Positions 15,001 to 26,774 of a DNA stretch of 64,000 nucleotides are shown here, one piece after another. Position 1 is the first letter of the stretch; every line of letters starts with the position of its first letter. The notes beneath the pieces were generated by a model. That model had not been told where the DNA came from. It did not search any database and saw only the letters and a list, made by a program, of their open reading frames with translations. The DNA comes from Corallochytrium limacisporum Hawaii. Lineage: Eukaryota; Protista; Pluriformea. The stretch is from the NCBI GenBank assembly GCA_002811645.1, contig PDIP01000032.1, positions 124,001-188,000 of the forward strand, written 5' to 3'. A program made the translations under genes and the position numbers.

Positions 15001-17805
15001 CCCGATAAAGAAGGCTAATGCCATTTTCCGCAGAACTCGTACTATATACATAATGTATAGGTAAAGATAACCTCCGGAGACGAAAATACTGAGCACGGGG
15101 AACGGGACGTTGAACTGGGAAGCGGGGCGCAGGTGGGCGGGGGTCGCGTGTATTGAGCCGATCTACTCTTCCAATTTTCTATGGGGATCTCCATTCCTTC
15201 GTTCTCTCTCCCTTCTTACCCAGGCTGTGGTACTGAATGTATTCAATAGAATCTCGTGGATCAATAAAACGATGAAAAAAGAATGTGGGCGCGTCGCAAA
15301 TCACATGAAAACCAGTTTGTGTACCAGAGGGGAATCAGAGCGTTCAGTGAAGACGAGTAGTTCCTGTTGGTCCGTTCCTGCGGATTTGTAGGTATACACA
15401 CAACCGTTGTTCCACGTCAGAGTAAGGAAATGGTCAGCCTTGGCCCCTTGTTTTCTTGCTAGAATGACACCGTGCCCTGGCCTCTTCTCCCAGCTCTCGT
15501 CAGTGCATAGGTAATTGGGCAAGTGTGATTTATATAAAATATATGACATTTTTTTGGCCGAAGATCTAAACCTCGAGACAGCACGATCCCATATTTGGCG
15601 CCGAAATTGTGCAAGCTGCGACCCTTCCATCCCATTCCACTTCCACGGAAAATCACATGACTCTTTGCGCCGCAGTGCTTGCACACACTAGACTATGTCA
15701 ACCAAGTTCCCTGTGTGTGTGTGTGTGTACCAAAACCAAACCGAAGAATCCATACAAGAATAATCTAGCAGGTACTGCGGAGGAGTACCACGCGCATGCT
15801 GCGCTCACGGTCAGTGAGGAAACTGAGACCAACATGGACGCAGCGGCACACTACGAAGCTGCGTATGTATAGAGTTCTGCAACTACGGGTAAACCCCCTT
15901 ATGCGCTCATGTCGGTGCCAAATTGGTCAAATAAAACCCCCGTAGTTGTGCTTGGATAAGACGACCATTACAGTTTCTGTCGAAGTGTCCCTACCAATTC
16001 CATTCTCGAGGAGGGTTTGCTGCTGGTTGTATTTTTTTCTCATCATCGTCAAACTAAAAACGGAGAGAGAAAGCCCCGAGGGGACTTTTTTCTTTGTGGT
16101 CCCATGTGGTCTTGACCGATGTCGCAGAAGAGCAGTGGGAGGTCGTCTCGACTTTTTTATTTGCGATAGGACCGCAAGTGAACCAAACTGCGTCATTTTT
16201 GTACGATACTGACAATAATTACAGTATATTTAGTACCAACTATCGTCGAAAGCATAGGATGATACAGTCGCCGTCGTGTCGCCGTGCAGCCTGCAGCCTC
16301 TGACTTTCTTTGCAGTCGAGGATATGCAGAAAAATCACTTCCATGAGTTCGGGCTTCCTCTCCGAAAATTGTTTCCAATAATAAATAAGTTGAGATCCTT
16401 TCGACCAATATCTGTAAACCGCACTGACTGCGACGTGCGGGGGTGGTGTTGAACAGAATGAGAGGCGCCGACAGGCACGAGACAGTGTTGGTGTTGGTGT
16501 GCCACATATAATGCTTTGGAAATGGGGGGAGGGTGGTCGTAAAGAGGAGAGGATGCGTCAGGGGGAGGAGAGCGAGGAGGAGTAAGCCTTATTTCACTAT
16601 AGAACTGAGGGTCCTATAGTGCATGCACTGTCGAATGGTTGCTGTCGTTGAGATTACTGGAAACCTAAGTTCCCACCCATATCGCCCCCTTACACGACTC
16701 CAATCCAGTCACATAGAAATACCTAAACCTGGTAGCAGGTTCAAACGGGCAACAAGGTGTACCTAATCCAATATAAAAATAATGGACATTCGTCGGGCAT
16801 TTAGTGACAGAGTATCAAGAAACGCCAGAAAGCTCTTTGTAAAAATTTTCTTTTTTTTTTTGGTGTTGCATTTGTACAGCACAGCGGTGAGAAAGGACAC
16901 TTTCCTTGCACACAGTGGTGGCTGGTATGGGGTTAGTTGATGTAGGTCTATTCACTACTGAGCCTCCCCAAGAGAGAGCTCCCCCGCTCTTCTCATTGCG
17001 GTGCTGTCGCTCTGTATAGGCCCACCGCTGAGATCTATACTCCGGAAAACCGTCTGAGCCTGGGTATGATCTAGCCGTGGACGCTCGCACACAGAGAATC
17101 CGATAACAACCTCTTGCCGAATTTTCATCCACAAAATGTGCATGTAAATAGTATAAACTTTGAGTTGTGTCTTTGCGCGTAGCCCTGCGGCCCTGTGAGA
17201 CAATGGCTGTTCTTGATCGAGTGTGGGTGCGATAGGGATAAACTGGTCGAGCACAACCGGCGGAAGCAAAGGGGGTGGCGAGGGAGACTCCACCGACAAA
17301 CGGTAGCATTCGTTGGAAAGCTTCTTATCAATAGTAAATGTACATAATCTTTGTCCACATTACCAAGGGACACAAGAAATTCGAGGTCCACATGCACGAC
17401 CGCGAAGGAAAGTGAGTTGCCTGAAGCGTCGCTGAAGACACACGGAGAGAGGGGAAAGGGTGCTGCAGCCCTCTTGTCTGTTAAAGCATGTGGGAGACTT
17501 TCCGTCAGCAATACTCAGTATACGCGGCAAAGGCGCCCACAACGGACGGGGACTGTCGATATTGAAGACTGCGGACCGCCTGCAGCAGATACATTGGGAA
17601 TTTCCTCCCTTCGGTTTGTTTTTGTTTGTTTGGTTGTGCGAGTACGATATGCCTTCGTCTTTGAAACAGGAATAACAAAATTGCCCATTTTCTACAGCAT
17701 ATCTACTACCAAATCTCCCGTCCATGGCGTTAATCAACCATTCGCAACACACCCTCCGCCAAATAATCTCAAGATCTCCCTCCTTTGCATTGGCTTCCCC
17801 CCCCC

Positions 17806-17874
17806 NNNNNNNNNNNNNNNNNNNNNNNNNNNNNNNNNNNNNNNNNNNNNNNNNNNNNNNNNNNNNNNNNNNNN
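17806..17874. other. Assembly gap
   Basis: N run preceded by C9. Confidence 0.99.
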
Positions 17875-18143
17875 CCCTCTTTCTGTCGCACCCCCAAAGA
17901 AAAAGTCATGCTCTTCACAGGCTGCGAGCGTTGAAGAATACGGCCCACATACACAACCAAAGGCGAACGCGCTCACCACGACTTTCACGACCCCCCTTTG
18001 ATTGGGTGGAGGCAGTGGCACCGCATGCAACCACCCTCTCTCCCTTCCCCGCGGGCACTTATTCCTTTTCACGTCTCTCACCGGAGAGCGGGAGTCGAAC
18101 TCGTCGGTTGTTTTCATATGTGTTCTTTTTTTGTGCGCGAAAG

Positions 18144-18325
18144 NNNNNNNNNNNNNNNNNNNNNNNNNNNNNNNNNNNNNNNNNNNNNNNNNNNNNNNNN
18201 NNNNNNNNNNNNNNNNNNNNNNNNNNNNNNNNNNNNNNNNNNNNNNNNNNNNNNNNNNNNNNNNNNNNNNNNNNNNNNNNNNNNNNNNNNNNNNNNNNNN
18301 NNNNNNNNNNNNNNNNNNNNNNNNN
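18144..18325. other. Assembly gap
   Basis: N run followed by G-tracts. Confidence 0.99.
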
Positions 18326-19044
18326 GGGGGAAGAAGGGGGAGGGGGGGGAGGGGCAGAGCAGCAGCAGCGTGATCATTCAAATGCAATAGTAAGCCCAGT
18401 GCCTTTTCCCCACACGCCTTCGTTTTCTATGGGTGCGTGAAGAAGGGGGGGGGGTGTCAACTGAGTCAGCAAGTGGTCGGAAACATAGAGCGCATGAGGG
18501 CACACATTGAGAGCGAGTGTGTATGTGTGGCAGGGGCCGCAGTAGTCAGTCATTCCTTGTCTGTGTGACCGGGGCCAGTGGAACTCTCCCTGATCGTTTT
18601 TAACTCAGAGGTGGACTTCTGGAGTTTGAATGAGAATGCTACGGTGTGGGATTCTGTATCAGACCAGGACAGTTTGGAAGGACAAATCACAATTAACAAT
18701 CACTGGTACTTGAGGTGAGCTACTTCGGGCCACACACAGTTTCAACATTACAATCAGCCTTTTTTTACCCGCGTTTGTAAAAGAGAAAGAATTGACAGAA
18801 TTTGTACAGAATAACGGGCCAAGTATGAGCCAAGAATAACAATGCAATCCCCTATTCAGACCGAGACCCGTGCCGATTATATCGTAGTAAGCGTTTGGAA
18901 GTCCGCTTCGTGCTAAAGAGAACCTGTGAGTATCAAAAAAAGGCATTCAACTACACATAGGTTATCCATAAGTTATCATTTTATACCATACTATCACATC
19001 AGCAACAATATCCTTACCAAGTTTCATCAATAAGGACAAACAAT

Positions 19045-19854
19045 ATGACTGAGTTTCAAGAGTTCCCCATGATTTTCCCTGAGGAAATCTTCGGCATGAC
19101 CGCTCCGGTCCAGCCTCAGCAAATCCCTATTGCTGTTCCTGCTGCTGCTATCCCTGCTGCTAACCCTGCTGCTTTTGGCGACTTTGCCCTGCTTGAAGAC
19201 AACGACTTTTCCGCATTGCTGTCTGACAGCGATGTTATGGACATGGTCGAATTCCTTGGCACTATCGCTGGTCCCGTCCAGGGTCCCATGGACTTCTCCC
19301 TTGGGGCTCAGGTCGAGACTTTTGGTCCCGGAACTGCGTCTGGGGCCTCGACGGACGATGAGAGCTGCTCTGTGAAGACCGAGTCTTCTGCCTCGTCTTC
19401 TCATTTCTGCAGCACCTCTCACTCTTCCCCTTCTCTGGAGCAGAAGTCTGCTGCCAAGAAGAAGGCAGCTGAGCGCAAGAACTCTACCACCAAAAAGACT
19501 TCCAACCCCAAAACTGCCGCCAAGAAGAAGGTCTGCCACAACTGTGGCTCGGAGGACACTCCTCTGTGGCGTCGCGATGCTGAGAAGAACATTCTTTGCA
19601 ACGCCTGTGGCTTGTTCTACAAGTGCCACGGTACTAACCGCCCCATTGGCGAGGATGCCGTTCTTCTCCCGGAGAACGACCGTGGCATCTCTTGCTATAA
19701 TTGCGGTACTACCCGCACGTCTCTGTGGCGTCGTGATGAGCTGCAGAGGTCCGTGTGCAATGCATGCGGTCTGTACAGGCGTATTCACGGTAAGGACCGT
19801 CCCAAGGGCATGAAGCGTACCTCCATTCGTCCCAACCTGAAGCACCGTGCTTGA
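19045..19854 (+). CDS. GATA transcription factor with two tandem type-IVa zinc fingers
   Basis: Two C-X2-C-X17-C-X2-C fingers: CHNC..TPLWRR..LCNACGLF and CYNC..TSLWRR..CNACGLY..HG..RP. The N-terminus is acidic/hydrophobic and the tail is basic. Confidence 0.95.
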   Translation: MTEFQEFPMIFPEEIFGMTAPVQPQQIPIAVPAAAIPAANPAAFGDFALLEDNDFSALLSDSDVMDMVEFLGTIAGPVQGPMDFSLGAQVETFGPGTASGASTDDESCSVKTESSASSSHFCSTSHSSPSLEQKSAAKKKAAERKNSTTKKTSNPKTAAKKKVCHNCGSEDTPLWRRDAEKNILCNACGLFYKCHGTNRPIGEDAVLLPENDRGISCYNCGTTRTSLWRRDELQRSVCNACGLYRRIHGKDRPKGMKRTSIRPNLKHRA

Positions 19855-20080
19855 ATGGAGCTTTACCGCAATCATATCTTCCTTCTGTTTACCGATCCAC
19901 AACATGAATCCATTCAGCAGCAGAAATGGTGTGTTCTTGTTTCCCGGTAAATGAGGATGTATTCCCCATTGTCGAAAAGAAAAAAGTCCCAAAAAAATTG
20001 TCTTACCCACCACCTTAATCTTCAATAAAGCGCAGCCAGCAGCAGCCTACCCACAACACCCGTTTTCAGTGCCACTGCCC

Positions 20081-21244
20081 TTAGGACCCCTTGTCACCAC
20101 GAATCTGTTGGACTACGGCCCGCAAAAGAATAGTAGCCACCGGCAAGAATAGTGGTACATAAATGGCGTACTTGTGGTCCTCGGGGAAGTATAGCTGGAC
20201 GAGCATGTCCTCGCTTTGCAGGGCAACGCTGCTCTCAAATAACGCCATCTTGGCATGCTGTGCACCTTCCGCAAAGATAGTCCGGTTACCCTTGCCAGCT
20301 CCAAGCTTTTGTTCCGCCGTGGTCATGTGTTTGATGGCAGCCATGAAGCGCTCGACGAGCGGCTCCTTCGATGGCAGGGCGGGCATTGCTCTTAGCTGGC
20401 TCTGCAGGGTCTTGCAGTTCGCCATGGCACGGTCAAGGTGGCCAGATGCAGATCCCTCAACAATTCGTAGAAAGTCCAATGGGTCATGGTCTCCAAAGTC
20501 CAACAACTCTACAATTGAAGATGGTATTGCCGATTCCAGGACAGTACTCTGCACGTACAGTGGCTGGTGTTGGCTCGTGTACTTCACGTCGGCGTCTGCG
20601 TCCAGGAAGGTAATGCTTCCAAACCCGTCAAAGACCAGTTGCTTCATCCCTGTACCCATATTTTCGTCCCGCACCCGGTGCTTTACGTTTTGGCGGTAGT
20701 CCAAATAGTAGATCAGTTGGATCGGTTGACAAAGGGACGGTTTCGCTGGTGCTAATTGAGGTCCCAGCACGCTAACAAAGTCATTCAATTCTGGGATAGA
20801 ATGAACATGGGTAACTGATGAATGATCTTTTTCATTCAGAGACTCATCAATCAGTGTACTACTACTGTCTATACTACCAAGTTCCAGGCCAAAGCCATAT
20901 TGCACTTGAAATTCGAAGTAGAGGTCTGTAGCAAGCGAAAGTGACTTCACAAAGTGATCGAGGTTCGCTTGGAATTCCCTGTCCCAAACGTCGAACTTAA
21001 CGTCTTCTGTCTGCGAGTGCTTGTCGAGAACCAGGGTGTTGATCATTGTATAGCATATCCCTATGGCTTTAGGTGGTATTTGCCTAACAATACTGTTAAC
21101 CCTGTCTTCCAGTTTGCTCAGATCATAGTCATCAACCTCCGAACTAAAGCTCGCAAACGAGAAGAGAGCGCTCCCAAAAGCGGTGATCCAGAGCGCAAGC
21201 TCCACAACCACGAATACGCCATACCAGAACAGACTCCCTTTCAT
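20081..21244 (-). CDS. PIGS: GPI transamidase subunit PIG-S/Gpi17-like
   Basis: The C-terminal LYFPEDHKYAIYVPLFLPV matches the PIG-S signature, and there is an N-terminal TM segment. It is shorter than typical PIG-S. Confidence 0.8.
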   Translation of the reverse strand: MKGSLFWYGVFVVVELALWITAFGSALFSFASFSSEVDDYDLSKLEDRVNSIVRQIPPKAIGICYTMINTLVLDKHSQTEDVKFDVWDREFQANLDHFVKSLSLATDLYFEFQVQYGFGLELGSIDSSSTLIDESLNEKDHSSVTHVHSIPELNDFVSVLGPQLAPAKPSLCQPIQLIYYLDYRQNVKHRVRDENMGTGMKQLVFDGFGSITFLDADADVKYTSQHQPLYVQSTVLESAIPSSIVELLDFGDHDPLDFLRIVEGSASGHLDRAMANCKTLQSQLRAMPALPSKEPLVERFMAAIKHMTTAEQKLGAGKGNRTIFAEGAQHAKMALFESSVALQSEDMLVQLYFPEDHKYAIYVPLFLPVATILLRAVVQQIRGDKGS

Positions 21245-22150
21245 CGTTCACTCCGAACACTGCTGGCACACACACCTTCATGCAAACACGATCAAACTGA
21301 TCACACTGGGCGGTGGCCCACATTGATTCGAGCTGCACCAATCATGCCATACAAATCAAATATGTCTGTCACTGAAATAGCTTGTGGCTTTGTATTGAAC
21401 ATGCCAATGAACTGTAGAAGAGTACCCAAACAATCACGCAAAACAGCGAGAGTAATGGAACAGTTCTGCGCAAGAAAGATCGTTGATCTTGATCTTCATG
21501 CTCTTCTGCTCAGCCAGCGCTATGGCTACAAACCTAGAAAGGGCCGGTAAAAGTGATCGCGGATCAAAGGCATTCGCAACAATGCGCCGCGCGCAACCAA
21601 TTGCAACCGGCGCACCACACAGTGTAGACACTGAAACAAACGAAAGTTGATGCATTATTAAACTGACTGATCCACCATCGTCCATTGATCCGCAATCAAA
21701 AGCTTGGTAGGTCTACACTATGGAAAACCACCAGGCTCCATACTCTACGTACTGAGAACGCTGCTCCGCACAATGGCCACCGTACGAAAACAACACTGCG
21801 TACATAGTAAATGTACTGTATGTACAGAATCCCGTACTTTTACTACTACGTTCCAAGTTTCAGTAGTGAAAGGCCCGCAAAAAGGAAATTGGGTACATTT
21901 ATTATGGAAAAGAGGCAGACTCCAGCCACTCGTGGCTTTTTTACCCGTCCGGTGTTTGTGCCACTTCATCGGTCGGCGAACGCATAACAACAACATTTGC
22001 CTACACAAAGTTGCCATATCCATCGCAGTTGCTCTTATTTGTTGCAGAGTATATTATTGTACGGGCCAGGTACATCAAGATTATCACATATTCAAAGAAT
22101 ACACATCACATAAGTAGCACATTACATAAATAGGCTCGTTTCATACAACA

Positions 22151-22789
22151 ATGAAGCCACTGTCATATTGCATTCTGCTGGTTCTGGTCGTGTTCGCATC
22201 GGGTCTGGACCTGACTATTGAGCACGACCTGACTGGCACCGGGAAGTTCACACAGCGGGCCAAGGTGATCTTTTCACATGTCGATGAGAAAACACAGGGG
22301 CTAGTCACAGGTCAGGATGGTGGGCTGTCGGCCTCGGACATCAGCGCGCTGAAGACCCTAGCAAAGGAGGGTAAGCCTTATCGCATTCGCACTAAGAGCA
22401 GCCCTACTGGCTCTGCGTCCTATGTCATGACGTATATTAATGCGAATGATTTAGTGGAAGCTGGACTACGGGATCGCCTGCTTGTGACCGTCGATGGCCA
22501 GTCCCAAGCAGTGCTGGCACTCGACTACGGTGTGCGCCGCAAGAGCTTCCTCACTACTGAGACTCAATCTCAAACCGATGCTAAGGCTTTTAACACCATG
22601 GCTCGTCTCGACCTACAGACTGAAGTTCCCAATGTCTTCCTTGAAGCGCACTTGGCCACTCGGAAAAACGTCCGCCCAGACGGAAGTAAGGAAGAGGAAC
22701 AATCCTTCATTCAGAAGAACTGGCACTACCTGCTCATTGGCTTGCTCTTGGTGCAGGTTCTGGGTGCCATGGCCCCTCAACAGGGATAG
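22151..22789 (+). CDS. EMC10: ER membrane protein complex subunit 10
   Basis: Signal peptide, then LTIEH...F..R and YRIR, and a C-terminal QSFIQKNWHYLL followed by a TM helix. Confidence 0.8.
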   Translation: MKPLSYCILLVLVVFASGLDLTIEHDLTGTGKFTQRAKVIFSHVDEKTQGLVTGQDGGLSASDISALKTLAKEGKPYRIRTKSSPTGSASYVMTYINANDLVEAGLRDRLLVTVDGQSQAVLALDYGVRRKSFLTTETQSQTDAKAFNTMARLDLQTEVPNVFLEAHLATRKNVRPDGSKEEEQSFIQKNWHYLLIGLLLVQVLGAMAPQQG

Positions 22790-23572
22790 AGGAAGTGGCT
22801 GTTCTATTCAATACAAGAAGAAAATCGTGGGTATAGCATGGTATGCATGGCCACAACACTCGAGCTTAATAAACAAAGAATTATAGTAGTTTCAGACCAA
22901 CCTCTTATCATCATCGAAATCGACACGCATGCAATGGACACAAATGGCGACGCCGCAGCCCACGAGTAGATAGTACAGCAAACCACAGTTTTATGGTTGT
23001 TCTAACCGGTATCAACTGTAGTTCCTCGTCGGGGCGGCTGCGGTTGCTGCTGTGCTGCGTCTGCGTCGGTTACTGTCTTAGGTGAATCAAGCTGTGTCCT
23101 CCTCCGCGCTATACGCAATTGGCCTCCAAGGGAGCCCCTCCCGCCGTTTCCCTTCGCTTGCGGTGGGTGGCAACAGCAGCCGCCCCCTGCCCGGCGGGAA
23201 AGATTTGTGTGTGAGGCAGGCGCGCCCAAGCGAGAGGGGCTCCGGTGACGGAGCGGAGTTGGGAGTGGGAGAGAAGGGCAAAGTGGAGAGACCCCTACTC
23301 TTACGTTCGGTGCCGGCTGTTGCGCCCGAACAGGTCAACGGCCAGACAAGCGGCGGGGGGCGCGAGTGGGGACGGGGAGCGAGGCACAGAATTATGAGGG
23401 AGTGGAGAGTGCGATTAAAGGGGAGGGCCCCGTATTTGGTCAATATGGGAAGGGCTGGCGTATTTGAGGCACCAGACGACTAGAGCCACGGGGGAGTCCT
23501 GTCGGTATGGAACATCCTGGGATGGATCGTTCGGTGGATCTAACATACCGTGGACACACTTAACATCTTTGA

Positions 23573-24118
23573 ATGAGATCGTTCAGCATGCTGGAGGACC
23601 CCATGGCACTCGAACAGGTTGTAGGCTGGAACTGCGACCCGGCGGTGATGGACAAGGAGTCGGTAGACATGGATGTTCAAGAGCTACGCAACTTGCTGAA
23701 CGACACTCTGAAGCATTCCCACTCACCATACTCCAACTTTCGAGTGAGCTGCGTGATGTTCACGAAGTCTGGTCGCCGTTTCGTGGGCACCAACGTCGAA
23801 AACGCGAGCTTCGGACTGACCACATGTGCTGAGCGGTCCGCTATCTTTTCCGCCGTTAGCCAAGGAGACCGTGACTTTGTGCGCTGCGCAATCATGACTG
23901 ACAGTCCCGTGGATGGCGTGGCCCCTTGTGGCGCATGCCGTCAGGTCATTGCAGAGTTCTGTGACAATGACATGCCGATAGACATCTACAGTAGTGCTGA
24001 AGAAGAGGTCGCACACATGACTCTGGGAGAGCTGCTACCTGTTGCCTTCCGCTCCAGCAGGCTGCGGTCATCCACTCCCGGATCTGAGTCTACCGTCTCC
24101 ACATCGGACTCTTCATAA
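23573..24118 (+). CDS. CDA: Homotetrameric-type cytidine deaminase (start may be a downstream ATG)
   Basis: Motifs SPYSNFRV, NVENASFGLTTCAER, PCGACRQ and ELLP.AF are present. Confidence 0.93.
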   Translation: MRSFSMLEDPMALEQVVGWNCDPAVMDKESVDMDVQELRNLLNDTLKHSHSPYSNFRVSCVMFTKSGRRFVGTNVENASFGLTTCAERSAIFSAVSQGDRDFVRCAIMTDSPVDGVAPCGACRQVIAEFCDNDMPIDIYSSAEEEVAHMTLGELLPVAFRSSRLRSSTPGSESTVSTSDSS

Positions 24119-24382
24119 AATCATGCACGTTCCCATAGTATGAAATCTACATTGTATGTATAGTAAAGCTATGAACGTAGCTGACTCGTTCTGATTGTCT
24201 GGTTGTGAATATGAATTAGTTACTGCTGCTCCACAGCATTGTCAGTTTCCTTCGCGTAGTTCATGATGATGCTGTTCAGGCTTTTAAAACCGCTTGTTTT
24301 GAAACTTCTGTAGCTACACTATATGAACATAATAATTGATTCCAACCCGTCTTGACTCAGTTGATATAGCTACCTGATCTTC

Positions 24383-25756
24383 CTACTTCTTAATGGTGGC
24401 ACTGGACATCCTCCGCTTCAGATTTGTAATTGCCCGTCGTAGGAACGGTGACGAATGTTTGGCTCCAATTTCGCTTGCCTCCTCTTCAGACATGACCTTA
24501 CGTGCCTTGTCCAGGTTTGGCTTCGAAAGACGTACTGTACCAAACAGACGCTCTGGCAGCTCCACAGCCTGTTCTCCCTGGATGACAAACCCCAAGTCAA
24601 TGCTTAACTGCTTTGAGTAGTTCCGCATGACTCCGACGATCATGTTGGCAACCTGTGAACTGAATACATCGCAGTCAATCTCAAAATACTGTTGTCCGCG
24701 GAAATAGCGGTGTTTCAGCTTGGTTCCCAGCAGCGCCGGTTTGTTGCCCACCGCCCGCTTGACGACCCACGGTGCATCCACCAGGGAAGGAATGACCTTA
24801 AAGCGGCTGTCACGGTAACTATCATCGCCGTCAATGAAATGCTCCCAAAGCAGTTGGAAGGCCTTGTCATTCTCAATATCTTCCGTGCTGTGTAGGACCC
24901 AGGTACAGATCAGGTGGTGTGGTGGGCTCTGAAAGTTGATGGCCAGGTAGAACGACTTGGATCCCTTCGACAAAGCCTTCTGTACGTAGCTCTCAGGATG
25001 AGCACACCAATTATCTACCCGTTCTTCCTTGTTGATCATGTCACAATTTTGCAGCCTCAGGAGAGGTGGTTTGGACATGATCTTGACCTTGTCCTTCAGG
25101 TAGGTTGGGGAACGTACTTTCATTTCGACCTCAGGTTCGCACCAACTGTGCTTGGAACCGGTTGGGGGACCTTTCGGGAAGGGCAGCTCTTCATCAGGTA
25201 CCCATTCCCACTCTTCTGCAGATTCCTGCTCGCGGACGAATTTTTCTCCCTGCTCTCGCGCACGTCGACGAATCCAACGGCGCCGGCGCACAAAGTCAGT
25301 GAGGCCTGCCTCACTAATACTCTTACCTTTCAGTTTCCGCTTTACGAGCTGCGTGAAATCGCTTGCGTAGCTCCAACCTTCTTCATCGCAATTGGTATAC
25401 TCCTTGTCGAGGTGCCATTCCTCAACCCATTCCCACCCTTCGAACAGCTCCTTGTCTGTGCTGCCGGGATGGTACGGTACAGGAAACCCACGGTCGTCGG
25501 ACCAGTGCGGCCGGTTCGCTGTGTTGGGGGACCAGCCCTTCAGTGGAATAGCACGCTCGTTCTCGTACACAATTTCCCAGATTGTCTCGTTTCCCGTTGT
25601 GTCATCAATGAAGGCCGTTCCCCCTTCGACCTCACCCACGACTTCAACGGACTCGGCAACCACGGGCTTACCGTTTGTTGCCTCCTCTGGGGCCTCCTCT
25701 GGGGCCTCCTCAGCGGGGATCGCGTGGGAGTCAACCTTTGTGGTCTTTTTCCCCAT
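24383..25756 (-). CDS. DysF (dysferlin/Pex24-type) domain fused to an EDR2 C-terminal (DUF1336) lipid-binding-like domain
   Basis: N-terminal part: YENERAIPLKGWS..HWSD..WEWVEEW..DEEGWSYA..FVRRRRWIRRR. C-terminal part: W.EP...KVRSPTYLKDKVK, DSRFKVIP.LVDAPWVVKRAVGNKPALLG, YFEIDCD, IDLGFVIQG...ELPE.LFG.VR. First ATG is at 25756. Confidence 0.85.
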   Translation of the reverse strand: MGKKTTKVDSHAIPAEEAPEEAPEEATNGKPVVAESVEVVGEVEGGTAFIDDTTGNETIWEIVYENERAIPLKGWSPNTANRPHWSDDRGFPVPYHPGSTDKELFEGWEWVEEWHLDKEYTNCDEEGWSYASDFTQLVKRKLKGKSISEAGLTDFVRRRRWIRRRAREQGEKFVREQESAEEWEWVPDEELPFPKGPPTGSKHSWCEPEVEMKVRSPTYLKDKVKIMSKPPLLRLQNCDMINKEERVDNWCAHPESYVQKALSKGSKSFYLAINFQSPPHHLICTWVLHSTEDIENDKAFQLLWEHFIDGDDSYRDSRFKVIPSLVDAPWVVKRAVGNKPALLGTKLKHRYFRGQQYFEIDCDVFSSQVANMIVGVMRNYSKQLSIDLGFVIQGEQAVELPERLFGTVRLSKPNLDKARKVMSEEEASEIGAKHSSPFLRRAITNLKRRMSSATIKK

Positions 25757-26774
25757 TGCTATGTATTCTCTATGGTATGTGTATGTGGATCCCAATAAAA
25801 ATGAATGATAATACGCTAATAATCGTTGCTAGCTCTACGGAGCTATGGCTCGCAGCGTGGGATATCCACCCATTCGCATGATCTACAGCACATTAATAGC
25901 TTCTCACATGGTGGGTTTTGGAGCCGATTCTGAATTTCTGTTATCCCTGCCAAGGAAAATAACATTTTGGACGGCATTGTCATGGAATTAGCAAGGATGC
26001 AATGAGGACCGACGCAGATAAATGAAACAAATCGTTCCAACCTCCCGTGTTCTCGAGAGCCGGTCCCCCTTCACCTCCCTCCCACTCGCATTATCGACGG
26101 TTGCGGGGGGAGAGACATAGCGGGAGTGCAAAAAATCACAAGCAAAAAAAGACAGCTACCATCTGGATTTCCCACACATTGACTATGAGATCACAGGAGT
26201 CATGTTTTGTGGTACTGGTAGAGAGGAATGTGGGGGTGAGGTGGTGGGAGGAGGAGTGTGAGGGTTCCACTCCGTCTAGGGTGAGAGGATTGGCACCGTC
26301 GCGCTTTTCCTTGCAAGCCCCGGGGCACACAGCTGGCCCAGTATCTCGGTGCCTGTGCCCCGGGACACCCCCAACCCCCGCACAGTTTGCCAGCACCAGC
26401 GTAGAACATTGTTCCAAGCTCTCTCTCTCTCTCTCTCTCTCTCCCTTGCGCAGTAAACAAGGGGACGCAGGATGACAAGGTTCTCCCTCAGGAGTTTTTA
26501 GGGAATTTTGTTTAAAAGTTCATTGTTTCCATTGTCCGCCATGCAGAACAGGGCATAGGCAGGCCACAAACTCCGGAACGCTGGCCGTTTCGGTGAGACC
26601 GTGGCGGAGGCGTCGCGAATTGGGGGCGACTGGAGAGTCCGCGCGAGAAAAAGTGTCCCCCGCGTTTGGACGCAACAGTCTCCTACCATCGTCGTATGCG
26701 AATTAAAGCTTGGGAGCTACCATACATAAAATATGCGCCCGTCTTGGGCCATGCGTTGGGGGGGGGAGTGAGAT

